Source: an uncultured Aestuariivirga sp.
Lineage (GTDB): Bacteria; Pseudomonadota; Alphaproteobacteria; Rhizobiales; Aestuariivirgaceae
Reading direction: 5' to 3'
DNA: 64,000 nt
Assembly (NCBI GenBank): GCA_964474665.1
Contig: CAYYTH010000002.1
Coordinates: forward strand, 52,276-116,275
Below are positions 38,267-48,840 of the stretch, in pieces. The notes below the pieces were generated by a model. It made no database searches and was not told the origin of the DNA. It saw only the letters and a list, made by a program, of their open reading frames with translations. The translations under genes were made by a program, and so were the position numbers. The number at the start of each line of letters is the position of its first letter. The stretch's first letter is position 1.

Positions 38267-40108
38267 ATGCACACGAAACATGGCCCCGATGCAGGTCTGC
38301 CCCAGGCCGTTCATCTCGACGGTACCGACCTGGAAAAAGAAAACCAGGGCGGCCTCGTTGCCTCGCTCGGCCTGATGCTGCTGTTCCTTGGTATAGCGAT
38401 TGTTTCACAGCTGTCATTTCTGACCCCAGTCGTGCTCCTGGCCGCGGCAATCGTCGGCCTGATCGTTTCCGGTGGCCTGGTGCTCAATCAGATCATGTGG
38501 CGCAGGGTGACGGCGCGGCGCATCGTGCAAATTGCGGCGGCTGCCAAGGACCTGCAAGCGGCACATCTCCGGGCTGAGGCGGCAAACATGGCGAAATCGC
38601 GCGTCCTCGCCATCACCAGCCACGAGATCCGCACGCCGATGAACGGCATTCTCGGGATGATCGGCCTGCTGATGGAGACCCCGCTCACCCTCGAACAACG
38701 CAACTACGCGCGAACTGCAGATTCCTCGGCACGTGCGCTGCTGTCGATCGTCGATGAGCTGCTCGATGCGTCGGTGGCAGAACGCCAAAGCTTGGACGTT
38801 GTGGCAGAACCCTTTGATCTCGCAGCATTGATCGAATCCGTGACAGAACTTCTGGCACCAAGGGCCCATGCCAAGGGCATCGAGATTTCGAGCTTCATCT
38901 CCATGCGCATTCCTTCGCAGATCCGCGGTGATGAACGACGCCTGCGGCAGGTGCTGCTGAACCTGTGTGGCAACGCCATCAAGTTCACACCATCCGGTGG
39001 CGTGGGAATCAGCGCCAGAATGAATGACGACGGACAACTCATCATAGCGGTGAATGACTCCGGAATCGGCATGTCGATGGATGAACAGCAGAGAATCTTT
39101 GAGGAATTTACCCAGGCAAACGACAACACACGGCAGCTCTATGGCGGGACTGGGCTTGGGCTGACGATCTCCCGTCGCCTTGTCGAAGCCATGAACGGCA
39201 CCATTTCGGTGCGCTCCGCACCCGGCGAAGGTTCGTCTTTCGAGGTCGTTCTGCCGATCATGGACGCGGCGCAATCAAGCACGCAAAATCTGCTGCGCCT
39301 GCGTCGCTTCGTACTCGCGGCGCCTCCCTCCATAACAGCCGATCATGTCCGCGAGACACTCGAGGACAGTGGCGCCTCGGTAACGATGGTACATTATCCC
39401 CATGAGTTGCAGCGGTTGCTTGGCGATCCCGACGCACCGCCATGCGCGGCCATCTTGTGCGACAGGGAGTATGCCGAGATCCTTCAGGATTCATGGCCGC
39501 AAGCCATCAAAGGCGGGAAGCCGCACATCTACCTCATGCTGCGCAGCGAGGAACGCCGCCACTATGCCGACCTCCTTGCTGCGAGTTTCTCCGGCTACCT
39601 GCTGAAGCCCTTCCGCCGCCACTCACTTTTGCGCCTGGTCGCGCTCCGCGATGATCCCGGCCTAACAGCGGCAAATCCCCAGCCGTCGCGCAATGTGATT
39701 TCGCTTCAGACCAAACGACAGCTTCACGTGCTTCTCGCCGAGGACAACCCCGTCAACATGCTGCTGGCGAGCACGCTGCTTCGGCGTGAGGGCTACAGCG
39801 TCGCCACGGCGGGGAACGGTGAAGACGTGCTACAGGCTCTCTCAGCCGGAAAACGCCCAGACCTGATCATCATGGACGTCGAAATGCCAGTGCTGGATGG
39901 CCTCGAGACGACACGCTGCATCCGCCGAAGGGAGGCAGACAGAGGTCTTGCACGACTTCCCGTTCTCGCGCTTACGGCCAATGTGCAGCCTGCGGACATC
40001 GAGGCCTGTCTGCAGGCGGGAATGGACGGATACCTCTCAAAGCCATTCGACCGCGACGCGCTTGACGAGGCGATCACCCGGCTCATGAAGCGTCAGGTCG
40101 TTGCCTGA
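38267..40108 (+). CDS. Membrane-anchored hybrid histidine kinase/response regulator
   Basis: Two TM helices; SHEIRTPMNGILG; NLCGNAIKFT; GGTGLGL; degenerate middle receiver; C-terminal receiver LAEDN...IMDVEMP...KPF. Confidence 0.92.
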   Translation: MHTKHGPDAGLPQAVHLDGTDLEKENQGGLVASLGLMLLFLGIAIVSQLSFLTPVVLLAAAIVGLIVSGGLVLNQIMWRRVTARRIVQIAAAAKDLQAAHLRAEAANMAKSRVLAITSHEIRTPMNGILGMIGLLMETPLTLEQRNYARTADSSARALLSIVDELLDASVAERQSLDVVAEPFDLAALIESVTELLAPRAHAKGIEISSFISMRIPSQIRGDERRLRQVLLNLCGNAIKFTPSGGVGISARMNDDGQLIIAVNDSGIGMSMDEQQRIFEEFTQANDNTRQLYGGTGLGLTISRRLVEAMNGTISVRSAPGEGSSFEVVLPIMDAAQSSTQNLLRLRRFVLAAPPSITADHVRETLEDSGASVTMVHYPHELQRLLGDPDAPPCAAILCDREYAEILQDSWPQAIKGGKPHIYLMLRSEERRHYADLLAASFSGYLLKPFRRHSLLRLVALRDDPGLTAANPQPSRNVISLQTKRQLHVLLAEDNPVNMLLASTLLRREGYSVATAGNGEDVLQALSAGKRPDLIIMDVEMPVLDGLETTRCIRRREADRGLARLPVLALTANVQPADIEACLQAGMDGYLSKPFDRDALDEAITRLMKRQVVA

Positions 40109-40142
40109 GCAACATTTCCGGTCTTTAAGGCTCACATGATCT

Positions 40143-40988
40143 GTGTCAGAAGGTTTCAGGGAGTTACAGACGCTGAAGCGCATGCCGGATATTCAAGCCG
40201 AAAGGGGCGAATTACTTTTGCGCCTCGCCCGTGGGCCTGACGAGATCGAGGCTTGTCAGCATCTGCGTTTCAGAGTCTTCTACGAGGAACTCGCAGCGAC
40301 GCCGCTGGACGACATGGCTGTAAACCGTCGAGACGCCGATCGCTTTGACGCTTTCTGCGATCACCTGCTCGTTGTCCGACGTGGTGACTCGGTCGGTAGT
40401 GACGCCATTGCCTTGCCTGATGGGGAGTTGATCGGCACCTACCGGCTTCTCCGCCAGGAGGTGGCGGAGACTCATGGCGGCTTCTACACACAGTCGGAAT
40501 TTGACGTAGCCCCTCTTATGGCTGCTCATCGCCATCTGCGCTTTCTGGAACTTGGCCGTTCCTGCGTGCTGAAGAACTATCGCACGAAGCCGGTGGTGGA
40601 ACTGCTATGGCAGGGAATCTGGGACTATGTCCGCGCGTACGACATGCACGTCATGCTTGGTTGCGCGAGCCTGGAAGGCACTGATCCCCATCAGCATGCC
40701 CTCTCGCTGAGCTTCCTCGCCGAGGCGGCAGCCCCACCCGAGTGGTCGGTCCGTCCCCATGAAGATCAACGGATCGACATGCGCATGCTGCCGCAGGAGG
40801 CGATCGATGCGCGGCGTGCGCTGAAAGCCTTGCCACCGCTGATCAAGGGGTACCTGCGCCTCGGTTGCTATATCGGTGACGGGGCAGTGATCGACCGCCA
40901 ATTCAATACAATTGACGTCCTTATCATTCTCCCCGTCTCGATCATCAATGCGCGCTATTTCGCGCATTTCGGAGCGCCTAACGGTTGA
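40143..40988 (+). CDS. olsB: GNAT family N-acyltransferase, probably ornithine N-acyltransferase OlsB
   Basis: QHLRFRVFYEE, DADRFDAFCDHLLV, IGTYRLL, LELGRSCV, LLWQGI, LPPLIKGYLRLG, DRQFNTIDV; next to the malic enzyme gene as in rhizobia. Start 40143 or 40182. Confidence 0.85.
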   Translation: MSEGFRELQTLKRMPDIQAERGELLLRLARGPDEIEACQHLRFRVFYEELAATPLDDMAVNRRDADRFDAFCDHLLVVRRGDSVGSDAIALPDGELIGTYRLLRQEVAETHGGFYTQSEFDVAPLMAAHRHLRFLELGRSCVLKNYRTKPVVELLWQGIWDYVRAYDMHVMLGCASLEGTDPHQHALSLSFLAEAAAPPEWSVRPHEDQRIDMRMLPQEAIDARRALKALPPLIKGYLRLGCYIGDGAVIDRQFNTIDVLIILPVSIINARYFAHFGAPNG

Positions 40989-43248
40989 TGTCATAGGCGG
41001 CTATGGCCGCCAGATTGAGGATCTCGGAAGCCGTCGCCGACATTGCAGCGATCTGCACCGGCCGATCGAGGCCGGTGAGAAGCGGTCCCACAACCGTGAC
41101 CCCACCGAGCTGCTGCAGCATCTTGGTCGAAATCGAAGCCGAGTGTGCTGCCGGCATGACGAGCACATTCGCTGGACCCGTCAGGCGACAGAAGGGATAG
41201 AGCGCCATGGCTTCGCGCGACAACGCCACATCAGCGGCCATCTCGCCGTCATACTCGAAGTCGACGTTGCGGCGATCGAGGACGCTCACCGCATCGCGTA
41301 CATATGCGGCGCGCTCGCCACGGGGATATCCGAAGGTGGAGTAGGAGAGAAAGGCGACGCGCGGCTCATAGCCGAAACGGCGGGCCACACCTGCCGCCTC
41401 CTGCGCGATGTCCGCTAGCTCATCGGGTGACGGCAACTCATGAATCGAGGTGTCGGCAATGAATACCGTCCGACCACGGACCAACGCCATCGAAACACCG
41501 ATCGGGCGATGACCCGGGCGGTTGTCGATAGCTTGGCGGACATTGTCGAGCGCAACAGAGAAATTTCGGGTGAGGCCCGTGACCATCGCATCGGCATCAC
41601 CCATTGCAACCATGCAGGCTGCAAAGACATTGCGGTCCTGATTCACCATGCGCTGGCAGTCACGTAGCAAGAAGCCATTACGCTGCAATCTCTCATAGAG
41701 AAAGTTTGCGTAGTCAACATTGCGCTCCGAGACACGGGCGTTTGACACTTCGACGTTATCGTTGAGCTCCAGTCCGCCACTCGCCATCGTTTGCTGGATC
41801 TGCTCCTCGCGGCCGATGAGAATAGCGCGGCCGAGGCCTGCTGCGGCAAAGCTATTTGCGGCGCGGATCATGCGGTCCTCTTCGCCCTCCGCGAAGACCA
41901 CACGCTTCGGCGCCACGCGCACCTTGCCGAAGACGCTCTGCAGTGTTCCGGCGATGGGATCGAGCCGCGCCGACAGCGAGTGCGCGTATTCATCCAGATC
42001 GGCGATGTGCTTGCGCGCGACTCCGCTTTCCATGGCCGCCTTGGCCACCGCCACCGGGATGGTGGAAATGAGGCGCGGATCGAACGGGACTGGAATCAGA
42101 TAATCGCGTCCGAAGGATGGACGGGGGCCATGATAGGCGGCGGCCACCTCGTCCGGCACATCCTCGCGCGCCAGGCCGGCAAGAGCATGGGCCGCGGCGA
42201 TTTTCATCTCATCGTTGATGGTGCGGGCACGCACGTCGAGCGCCCCGCGGAAAATATAGGGAAAGCCCAGAACGTTGTTGATCTGGTTGGCGTAGTCCGA
42301 GCGACCGGTCGCCATGATCGCATCCTGGCGCACCTTGAGAACGTCCTCCGGAGTGATCTCCGGATCGGGATTGGCCATCGCAAATATAATGGGGTTGGGA
42401 GCCATGCTCTTGACCATGGCAGGGGTCAGCGCGCCCGCGACCGAAAGACCGAAGAACACATCCGCACCGTCCATGGCATCCGCAAGGGAGCGTGCCTTGG
42501 TCTCGACGGCATGAGCCGATTTCCACTGGTTCATGCCATCCGTGCGGCCCTTGTAAACGACACCCTTCGAGTCGGCGAGGATGACGTTGCCATTCGGCAC
42601 GCCCAGAGATTTGATCAGTTCCACGCAAGCGATGGCGGCGGCGCCCGCGCCGTTGCACACGATTTTCGCGGTCTTGAGATCGCGCTTCGTGAGGTGGAGC
42701 GCATTGATGAGACCGGCAGTGGCGATGATAGCCGTGCCATGCTGGTCGTCGTGAAAGACAGGAATGTCCATCATCTCGCGCAGGCGTTGCTCGATGATGA
42801 AACAGTCCGGAGCTTTGATGTCCTCGAGATTGATGCCGCCGAAGGAGGGACCGAGATAGCGGACGGCGTTGATAAACTGATCGACGTCCTTGGTGTCGAC
42901 CTCGAGGTCGATCGAATCGACGTCGGCGAAGCGCTTGAACAGCACTGCCTTGCCTTCCATCACCGGCTTTGAGGCCAGCGCGCCCAAGTCGCCCAGACCC
43001 AGGATTGCGGTACCGTTGGAAATGACAGCGACGAGGTTTCCCTTGGCGGTGTAATCGTATGCCGTCTCGGGCGCCTCGGCGATGCGGCGAACAGGCACGG
43101 CCACGCCGGGGCTGTAGGCCAGCGACAGGTCGCGCTGGGTGGCCATCGGCTTGGTGGGGGTGATTTCCAGCTTGCCCGGCTTGCCGCGCTGGTGGAATTG
43201 CAGGGCCTCCTCGTCAGTGATGGTCGGACGGCGCGGCTTCTGGTCCAT
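40978..43248 (-). CDS. maeB: NADP-dependent malic enzyme with phosphotransacetylase-like domain
   Basis: [42 protein letters not shown]-terminal VVFAEGE PTA-like domain. Confidence 0.96.
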   Translation of the reverse strand: MDQKPRRPTITDEEALQFHQRGKPGKLEITPTKPMATQRDLSLAYSPGVAVPVRRIAEAPETAYDYTAKGNLVAVISNGTAILGLGDLGALASKPVMEGKAVLFKRFADVDSIDLEVDTKDVDQFINAVRYLGPSFGGINLEDIKAPDCFIIEQRLREMMDIPVFHDDQHGTAIIATAGLINALHLTKRDLKTAKIVCNGAGAAAIACVELIKSLGVPNGNVILADSKGVVYKGRTDGMNQWKSAHAVETKARSLADAMDGADVFFGLSVAGALTPAMVKSMAPNPIIFAMANPDPEITPEDVLKVRQDAIMATGRSDYANQINNVLGFPYIFRGALDVRARTINDEMKIAAAHALAGLAREDVPDEVAAAYHGPRPSFGRDYLIPVPFDPRLISTIPVAVAKAAMESGVARKHIADLDEYAHSLSARLDPIAGTLQSVFGKVRVAPKRVVFAEGEEDRMIRAANSFAAAGLGRAILIGREEQIQQTMASGGLELNDNVEVSNARVSERNVDYANFLYERLQRNGFLLRDCQRMVNQDRNVFAACMVAMGDADAMVTGLTRNFSVALDNVRQAIDNRPGHRPIGVSMALVRGRTVFIADTSIHELPSPDELADIAQEAAGVARRFGYEPRVAFLSYSTFGYPRGERAAYVRDAVSVLDRRNVDFEYDGEMAADVALSREAMALYPFCRLTGPANVLVMPAAHSASISTKMLQQLGGVTVVGPLLTGLDRPVQIAAMSATASEILNLAAIAAYDINR

Positions 43249-43361
43249 GTCTTTGCCCTAAAAAACAATTCTCAACTGTGAGGGAGACAGACTAGAGAGG
43301 TGGGGGGCGACACTCAAGCGTTCCGAATTCCAAGCTTGTACCTCTTTGGTCGATTCCTGCT

Positions 43362-46076
43362 ATGGAAGGCATCGTGAACGAGACTGACCATAAGCCTGAT
43401 GACGTGGCGGAGGAGGCCTCCAGCCGCGCCACACCCGTCATGGCGCAATTCCTGGTCCTGAAGCAGGCCAATCCGGGCAGCCTCCTGTTTTTCCGGATGG
43501 GCGATTTCTACGAACTCTTCTTCGAGGATGCGGAAGTCGCAGCCAGCGCCCTCGGCATCACGCTGACGAAGCGTGGCAAGCACATGGGAGAAGACATCCC
43601 GATGTGTGGTGTCCCGGTGCATGCGGCCGACGCCTACCTCCAGAAGCTGATCCGCATGGGCCACCGCGTAGCCGTCTGCGAACAACTCGAGGATCCTGCC
43701 GAGGCCCGCAAGCGCGGCTCGAAGGCGGTGGTGAAGCGAGATGTCGTCAGGCTCGTTACCCCGGGCACGCTGACCGAGGACAACCTGCTGGACTCCCGCA
43801 GCCACAATTTTCTAGTGAGCGTCGCGCGCAACAGGTCGACAGGTGACCTGGCCGTCGCCTGGGCCGACATCAGCTCCGGGGAACTGGCCGTGATGCAGAC
43901 CGCCGCCTCGCGGCTGTCCTCGGACCTGACGAGGCTCGAAGCGCGCGAGATCATCGCGGCGGACGCCTTACTGGCCGATCCCGAGTTCAACATTCTCCTC
44001 GATCGTGCTGGTGCGCCGATCACGCCGCTGCCGTCCGTACGATTTGACTCTCTGGCGGCGGAACGCCGCCTCAAGGAGCAATTCGACGTCAAGGCGCTGG
44101 AAGGCTTCGGCAGCTTCTCGCGCGCCGAAATCTCGGCACTCGGAGGACTGCTTGAATACATTGTCATCACCCAGGCCGGAAAGGTGCCGCACCTGCGGCC
44201 GCCACGTCGTGAAGTGGCGTCCTCCGTGTTGCTCATCGATCCCGCGACACGCACCAATCTGGAGCTCACCCGCACGCTGTCGGGCGACAGGCGCGGCAGC
44301 CTGCTCTCAGTGATCGACCTCGCGGTCACCGCCGCGGGCTCGCGCTGCATCGCATCGCGGCTTTCGAACCCGCTGTGCGATCCCTACGCCATTGCCAACA
44401 GGCTCGACGAGGTCGCGCATTTCGTCACCGACGCTCAGTTGCGCGAGGATGTACGAAAAATGCTGGCATCCATGCCCGACCTCGAGCGTGCCCTCGGCCG
44501 CATCGCCATTGGCCGCGGTGGACCGCGTGATCTCGCCGGTATCCGTGACGGGCTGATGATCGCCGGGCACCTTGCGCATCGGCTGGGCGCCAGCGCCACC
44601 ATTGGTGGTTTGCCGGAAAACATCGACAAGGTCTGCGAGACGCTAAGCTGGAGCGACCTCGATCTCGCGCGAGATCTCGACGATGCACTGGACAATGACC
44701 TCCCGGTCTTCGCGCGGGACGGCGGCTTCGTGAAGCAGGGCTACTCTGCCGATCTCGATGACAACCGTTCACTGCGTGACGAAACACGTCACGTCGTCGC
44801 CGGCCTTCAGTCGAAATACTGCGAAATCTCAGGGGTAAAGTCGTTGAAGGTGAAGCACAACAACGTGCTTGGCTACTTCATCGAAGTTCCGGTCACTTCG
44901 GCTGCGGCCCTTCAGGCGCCCGACAAGGCGGGTCTCTTCATCCATCGCCAAACGGTTGCAAATGCAATGCGTTTTGTGACGACGGAGCTCGCCTCGCTTG
45001 ACCAACGGATCGCTGCAGCAGCGGAGAAGGCACTGGCCCTGGAACAGGAGATATTCCACGCACTCTGTGCGCGCGTCATGGCGCGACGAGATCTTCTGTC
45101 GAAAATTGCCGATGCCGCCGCGCAGCTCGACGCAGCATCGGGACTGGCAGAAGTTGCCGAACGGCGACGCTACGTTCGCCCGCGGGTCGATGGCACCACC
45201 CGCTTCACGGTGCGCGGAGGGCGGCACCCGGTCGTTGAGGCCGCGCTGCAGGAACAAGCCTCCGCTTCATTCGTCGCCAATGACTGCGAAATCTCGGGTG
45301 ATGGCAAGCGGCTCTGCCTTCTCACCGGCCCCAACATGGCGGGCAAATCCACATACCTCCGCCAGAATGCGCTGATCGTCATCCTTGCCCAGATGGGCTG
45401 CTTCGTGCCGGCGGCGGAAGCCCACTTCGGTGCTGTGGACCGCCTCTTCAGCCGTGTCGGCGCGGCGGACGATCTCGCCCGTGGCCGCTCAACCTTCATG
45501 GTGGAGATGGTCGAGACAGCGGCTATCCTCAACCAGGCGACCGAGAGATCCTTCGTCATCCTCGATGAGATCGGGCGTGGCACGGCGACCTATGATGGTC
45601 TCTCGATTGCCTGGGCAACGCTTGAGCACCTCCATGGCATCAACAAGTGCCGAGCGCTCTTTGCCACGCATTACCACGAACTGACCCAGCTCGCTGCCAC
45701 GCTGCCGCACCTCGCCAACGCCACGATGAAGGTGAAGGAATGGCAAGACCAGATCATCTTCCTGCATGAAGTGGTCGCCGGTGTGGCGGACCGTTCCTAC
45801 GGCATCCACGTGGCCCAGATTGCAGGACTTCCACCAGCGGTGATCAGCCGCGCCCAAAAGGTACTCGAACGGCTTGAACGTGAAGGCTCGAAAGGTCCGG
45901 CGGCGGGCCTCGTTGAAGAACTGCCGCTATTCGCTGCTGCACCTTTGCTCGCTGCACCGAAGGAAAGCCCGGTGGAAAGAAAGCTCGCGCAAGTCATCGC
46001 TGACGAACTGTCGCCGCGCGACGCCTTGGCGCTCGTCTATGAGCTGAAGAGCCTGCTGGGAGCGCGCCAATCGTGA
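43362..46076 (+). CDS. mutS: DNA mismatch repair protein MutS
   Basis: FFRMGDFYELF, TGPNMAGKSTYLRQ, STFMVEM, LDEIGRGT, FATHYHEL. Confidence 0.98.
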   Translation: MEGIVNETDHKPDDVAEEASSRATPVMAQFLVLKQANPGSLLFFRMGDFYELFFEDAEVAASALGITLTKRGKHMGEDIPMCGVPVHAADAYLQKLIRMGHRVAVCEQLEDPAEARKRGSKAVVKRDVVRLVTPGTLTEDNLLDSRSHNFLVSVARNRSTGDLAVAWADISSGELAVMQTAASRLSSDLTRLEAREIIAADALLADPEFNILLDRAGAPITPLPSVRFDSLAAERRLKEQFDVKALEGFGSFSRAEISALGGLLEYIVITQAGKVPHLRPPRREVASSVLLIDPATRTNLELTRTLSGDRRGSLLSVIDLAVTAAGSRCIASRLSNPLCDPYAIANRLDEVAHFVTDAQLREDVRKMLASMPDLERALGRIAIGRGGPRDLAGIRDGLMIAGHLAHRLGASATIGGLPENIDKVCETLSWSDLDLARDLDDALDNDLPVFARDGGFVKQGYSADLDDNRSLRDETRHVVAGLQSKYCEISGVKSLKVKHNNVLGYFIEVPVTSAAALQAPDKAGLFIHRQTVANAMRFVTTELASLDQRIAAAAEKALALEQEIFHALCARVMARRDLLSKIADAAAQLDAASGLAEVAERRRYVRPRVDGTTRFTVRGGRHPVVEAALQEQASASFVANDCEISGDGKRLCLLTGPNMAGKSTYLRQNALIVILAQMGCFVPAAEAHFGAVDRLFSRVGAADDLARGRSTFMVEMVETAAILNQATERSFVILDEIGRGTATYDGLSIAWATLEHLHGINKCRALFATHYHELTQLAATLPHLANATMKVKEWQDQIIFLHEVVAGVADRSYGIHVAQIAGLPPAVISRAQKVLERLEREGSKGPAAGLVEELPLFAAAPLLAAPKESPVERKLAQVIADELSPRDALALVYELKSLLGARQS

Positions 46077-48835
46077 GGCCCAGTCTTATACCTAAACGCT
46101 TCGTGAAGCCTGAACAGTTGCGCGAGGAGCTCGCTGCGACCGTTGGGGAAGCGGGTGCAGGCATCGCCAACCTGCGCCCCAAGGTCGTAAAGATCCTGAA
46201 GGCAGCACTGGAGCAGTCACACGTCCTTGCGGAAGCTCAGCTGATTTCGGATGGCGATGGTACCCGCTGTGCCGAATCGCTGAGTCTGTCCGAAGACGAA
46301 ATCATCCACGCTCTGTTCGACCTCGCGAATACCACCCTGTTTCCAGCCCTCGGCTCGGAGGAGCGGATTGCAGTCGTTGCCGTGGGAGGCTATGGCCGTG
46401 GCACGCTGGCACCCGGCTCTGACATCGATCTCCTGTTCGTGTTGCCGACACGCCAGTCGGAACGCGTTCAGAATATCGTTGAATTCATCCTCTACTGCCT
46501 GTGGGACACGCGCCAGAAGGTTGGGCATGCAACCCGCAGCATTGATGAATGCATACGCCTCGCCAGATCTGACAACACCATTCTCACAGCCATTCTCGAG
46601 GCGCGCTATATCTGCGGTAACGAGGCGCTGTTCGAACGGCTGGTGAGCGAGTTCCGTCGCGAAATCGTTTCAAGGGGAGCCAAGGAATTCATCGCCGACA
46701 AACTGGGGGAACGTGATCTCCGACACCTGAAGGTGGGCGAGAGTCGTTACATCGTTGAGCCGGACGTGAAGGACGGCAAGGGAGGACTGCGCGACCTCAA
46801 TACGCTGTTCTGGATCGCCAAGTATATCTACGCCACGAATTCCACAGACGAGCTGGCAGAAAAGGGTGCCTTCAGCCGTGAAGAGCTCGCCATCTTCAAG
46901 AAATGCGAACGCTTCCTCTGGTCGGTCCGCTGCCATCTGCATTTCCTTTCGAAGCGTGGCAACGACCGGCTGAGCTTTGACCGCCAGTCAGACATTGCCG
47001 AACGTCTGGGTTACAAGGCACACGGCGGATTGAAGCATGTCGAACGCTTCATGAAGCATTATTTCCTGGTGGCCAAGGACGTGGGTGACCTGACGCGCAT
47101 TCTGTGCGCCAGCCTCGAAGCACGACAAGTGAAGGATGTGCCAGGCCTCGGTCGCGTTCTCGGTCGATTGATCTCGAAGAGTTCCGGCACATTGCGTGAT
47201 TCGCCCGACTTTCGTATCGATGGCGGGCGTGTCGTTCCGAGTTCACCGGATGTTTTTGTGCGGTATCCCGTCAACATCATCCGCCTTTTCGCAGTCGCGG
47301 GCCGCCACGGTGCCGAGATTCATCCCGACACACTGAAGCTGCTACGCAAGTCACTTGGCCTCATCCGAGGCATTCTGGATGATCCGGAAGCCAATGCCAT
47401 CTTCCTCGAACTGCTTACTTCAAGCGATGATCCCGACATCGTCCTGCGCATGATGAATGAGGCCGGAGTGCTCGGCCGGTTTATTCCGCCTTTCGGGCGC
47501 ATCGTATCGATGATGCAGTTCAACATGTATCACCACTATACAGTGGACGAGCACCTGATCCGCGCCGTTGGACATCTTTCGGCCATCGAGCGTGGTCGCC
47601 TGTCGGACGACCACCCGCTTTCGACTGCCATCTTCCCGACAATCACCAGCCGCCGCCTGCTCTATGTCGCTGTCTTCCTTCATGACATCGCCAAGGGCCG
47701 GAAGGAGGACCATTCGATCGCCGGGGAACGTATTGCACTGGAGCTGTGCCCACGCCTTGGTCTCACCGCCTCCGAGACCGAAACCATCGCCTGGCTCATC
47801 CGCCACCACCTGCTGATGAGCGAGACAGCGCAGATGCGCGACCTGAACGACTTCAAGACCATTCTCGACTTCTGCGCCGTGGTTCAGAGCGTCGAACGCC
47901 TGAAGTTGCTGATCATCCTCACTGTCGCCGACATCCGTGCCGTCGGACCAGGTGTGTGGAACGGCTGGAAGGGCCAGTTGTTGCGCACACTCTACACGGA
48001 GGCAGAACCCGTGCTGACCGGTGGCCACACCGCAGTGTCGCGCAAGGAACGTGTCACCGGGGCGCAGGCCGCCTTTTTTGAACGGATGCCGGGATGGAGC
48101 GACGCCGAGAAGACGGCTTATGCCGCAAGACACTATGATGCCTACTGGCTCGGAAGCTCCACGGAAAAGCAGGTGAAGCATGCGGAGATGATCTGCGGCG
48201 CGGCGCCGAAGAGCGTGGTCACCAGCTTCGAAACCGATGCATTCACTGCCATCACCGAGCTCTCGATCTATACACCGGATCATCCGCGGCTGCTCGCGCT
48301 CATCACGGGCGCCTGCGCGGCCGCGGGAGCGAATATCGCCGGCGCACAGATCTTCACGACCACCGACGGGATGGCACTCGACACAATTCTCATCCAGCGC
48401 GAATTCCCTGAAGAAGAGGATGAGCGTCGTCGCGCCGAGCGCATTGCGGAACTGGTTCGAAAGGCGTTGCGCGGTGAGTTGTGGCTGAAGGAAGCCGTCG
48501 CCAAGGCCTACAAGCCTCAGCAGCGCATCAAGGCCTTCACGGTGGAGCCGCGGGTCATCATCGACAACCAGTCCTCCAACCGCTTCACAGTGATCGAGAT
48601 CAATGGACTTGATCGTATCGGCCTGCTCTATGACCTCACTGAGGCCCTCTACAAGCTAAGCCTGAACATAGCATCTGCACATGTCACCACCTTCGGTGAG
48701 AAGGCCGTGGACGTCTTCTATGTGACCGATCTGACCGGTGCCAAGATCGAGAACGCGACGCGCCATAAGCAGATCGAGAGTGCGCTTGCCACCATTTTGA
48801 AAACGCCGGCGCAGGCCGCAGCGATGAGGGCCTGA
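46073..48835 (+). CDS. glnD: [Protein-PII] uridylyltransferase
   Basis: AVGGYGRG..SDID, EPDVKDGKGGLRD, YHHYTVDEH, HDIAKG, two ACT domains. Confidence 0.97.
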   Translation: MRPSLIPKRFVKPEQLREELAATVGEAGAGIANLRPKVVKILKAALEQSHVLAEAQLISDGDGTRCAESLSLSEDEIIHALFDLANTTLFPALGSEERIAVVAVGGYGRGTLAPGSDIDLLFVLPTRQSERVQNIVEFILYCLWDTRQKVGHATRSIDECIRLARSDNTILTAILEARYICGNEALFERLVSEFRREIVSRGAKEFIADKLGERDLRHLKVGESRYIVEPDVKDGKGGLRDLNTLFWIAKYIYATNSTDELAEKGAFSREELAIFKKCERFLWSVRCHLHFLSKRGNDRLSFDRQSDIAERLGYKAHGGLKHVERFMKHYFLVAKDVGDLTRILCASLEARQVKDVPGLGRVLGRLISKSSGTLRDSPDFRIDGGRVVPSSPDVFVRYPVNIIRLFAVAGRHGAEIHPDTLKLLRKSLGLIRGILDDPEANAIFLELLTSSDDPDIVLRMMNEAGVLGRFIPPFGRIVSMMQFNMYHHYTVDEHLIRAVGHLSAIERGRLSDDHPLSTAIFPTITSRRLLYVAVFLHDIAKGRKEDHSIAGERIALELCPRLGLTASETETIAWLIRHHLLMSETAQMRDLNDFKTILDFCAVVQSVERLKLLIILTVADIRAVGPGVWNGWKGQLLRTLYTEAEPVLTGGHTAVSRKERVTGAQAAFFERMPGWSDAEKTAYAARHYDAYWLGSSTEKQVKHAEMICGAAPKSVVTSFETDAFTAITELSIYTPDHPRLLALITGACAAAGANIAGAQIFTTTDGMALDTILIQREFPEEEDERRRAERIAELVRKALRGELWLKEAVAKAYKPQQRIKAFTVEPRVIIDNQSSNRFTVIEINGLDRIGLLYDLTEALYKLSLNIASAHVTTFGEKAVDVFYVTDLTGAKIENATRHKQIESALATILKTPAQAAAMRA

Positions 48836-48840
48836 CCTCC

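Noticed and set aside
40109-40181. Pho box upstream of olsB
   Set aside because: Best half-sites match CTGTCAT at only 5/7 and are not 11 bp apart.
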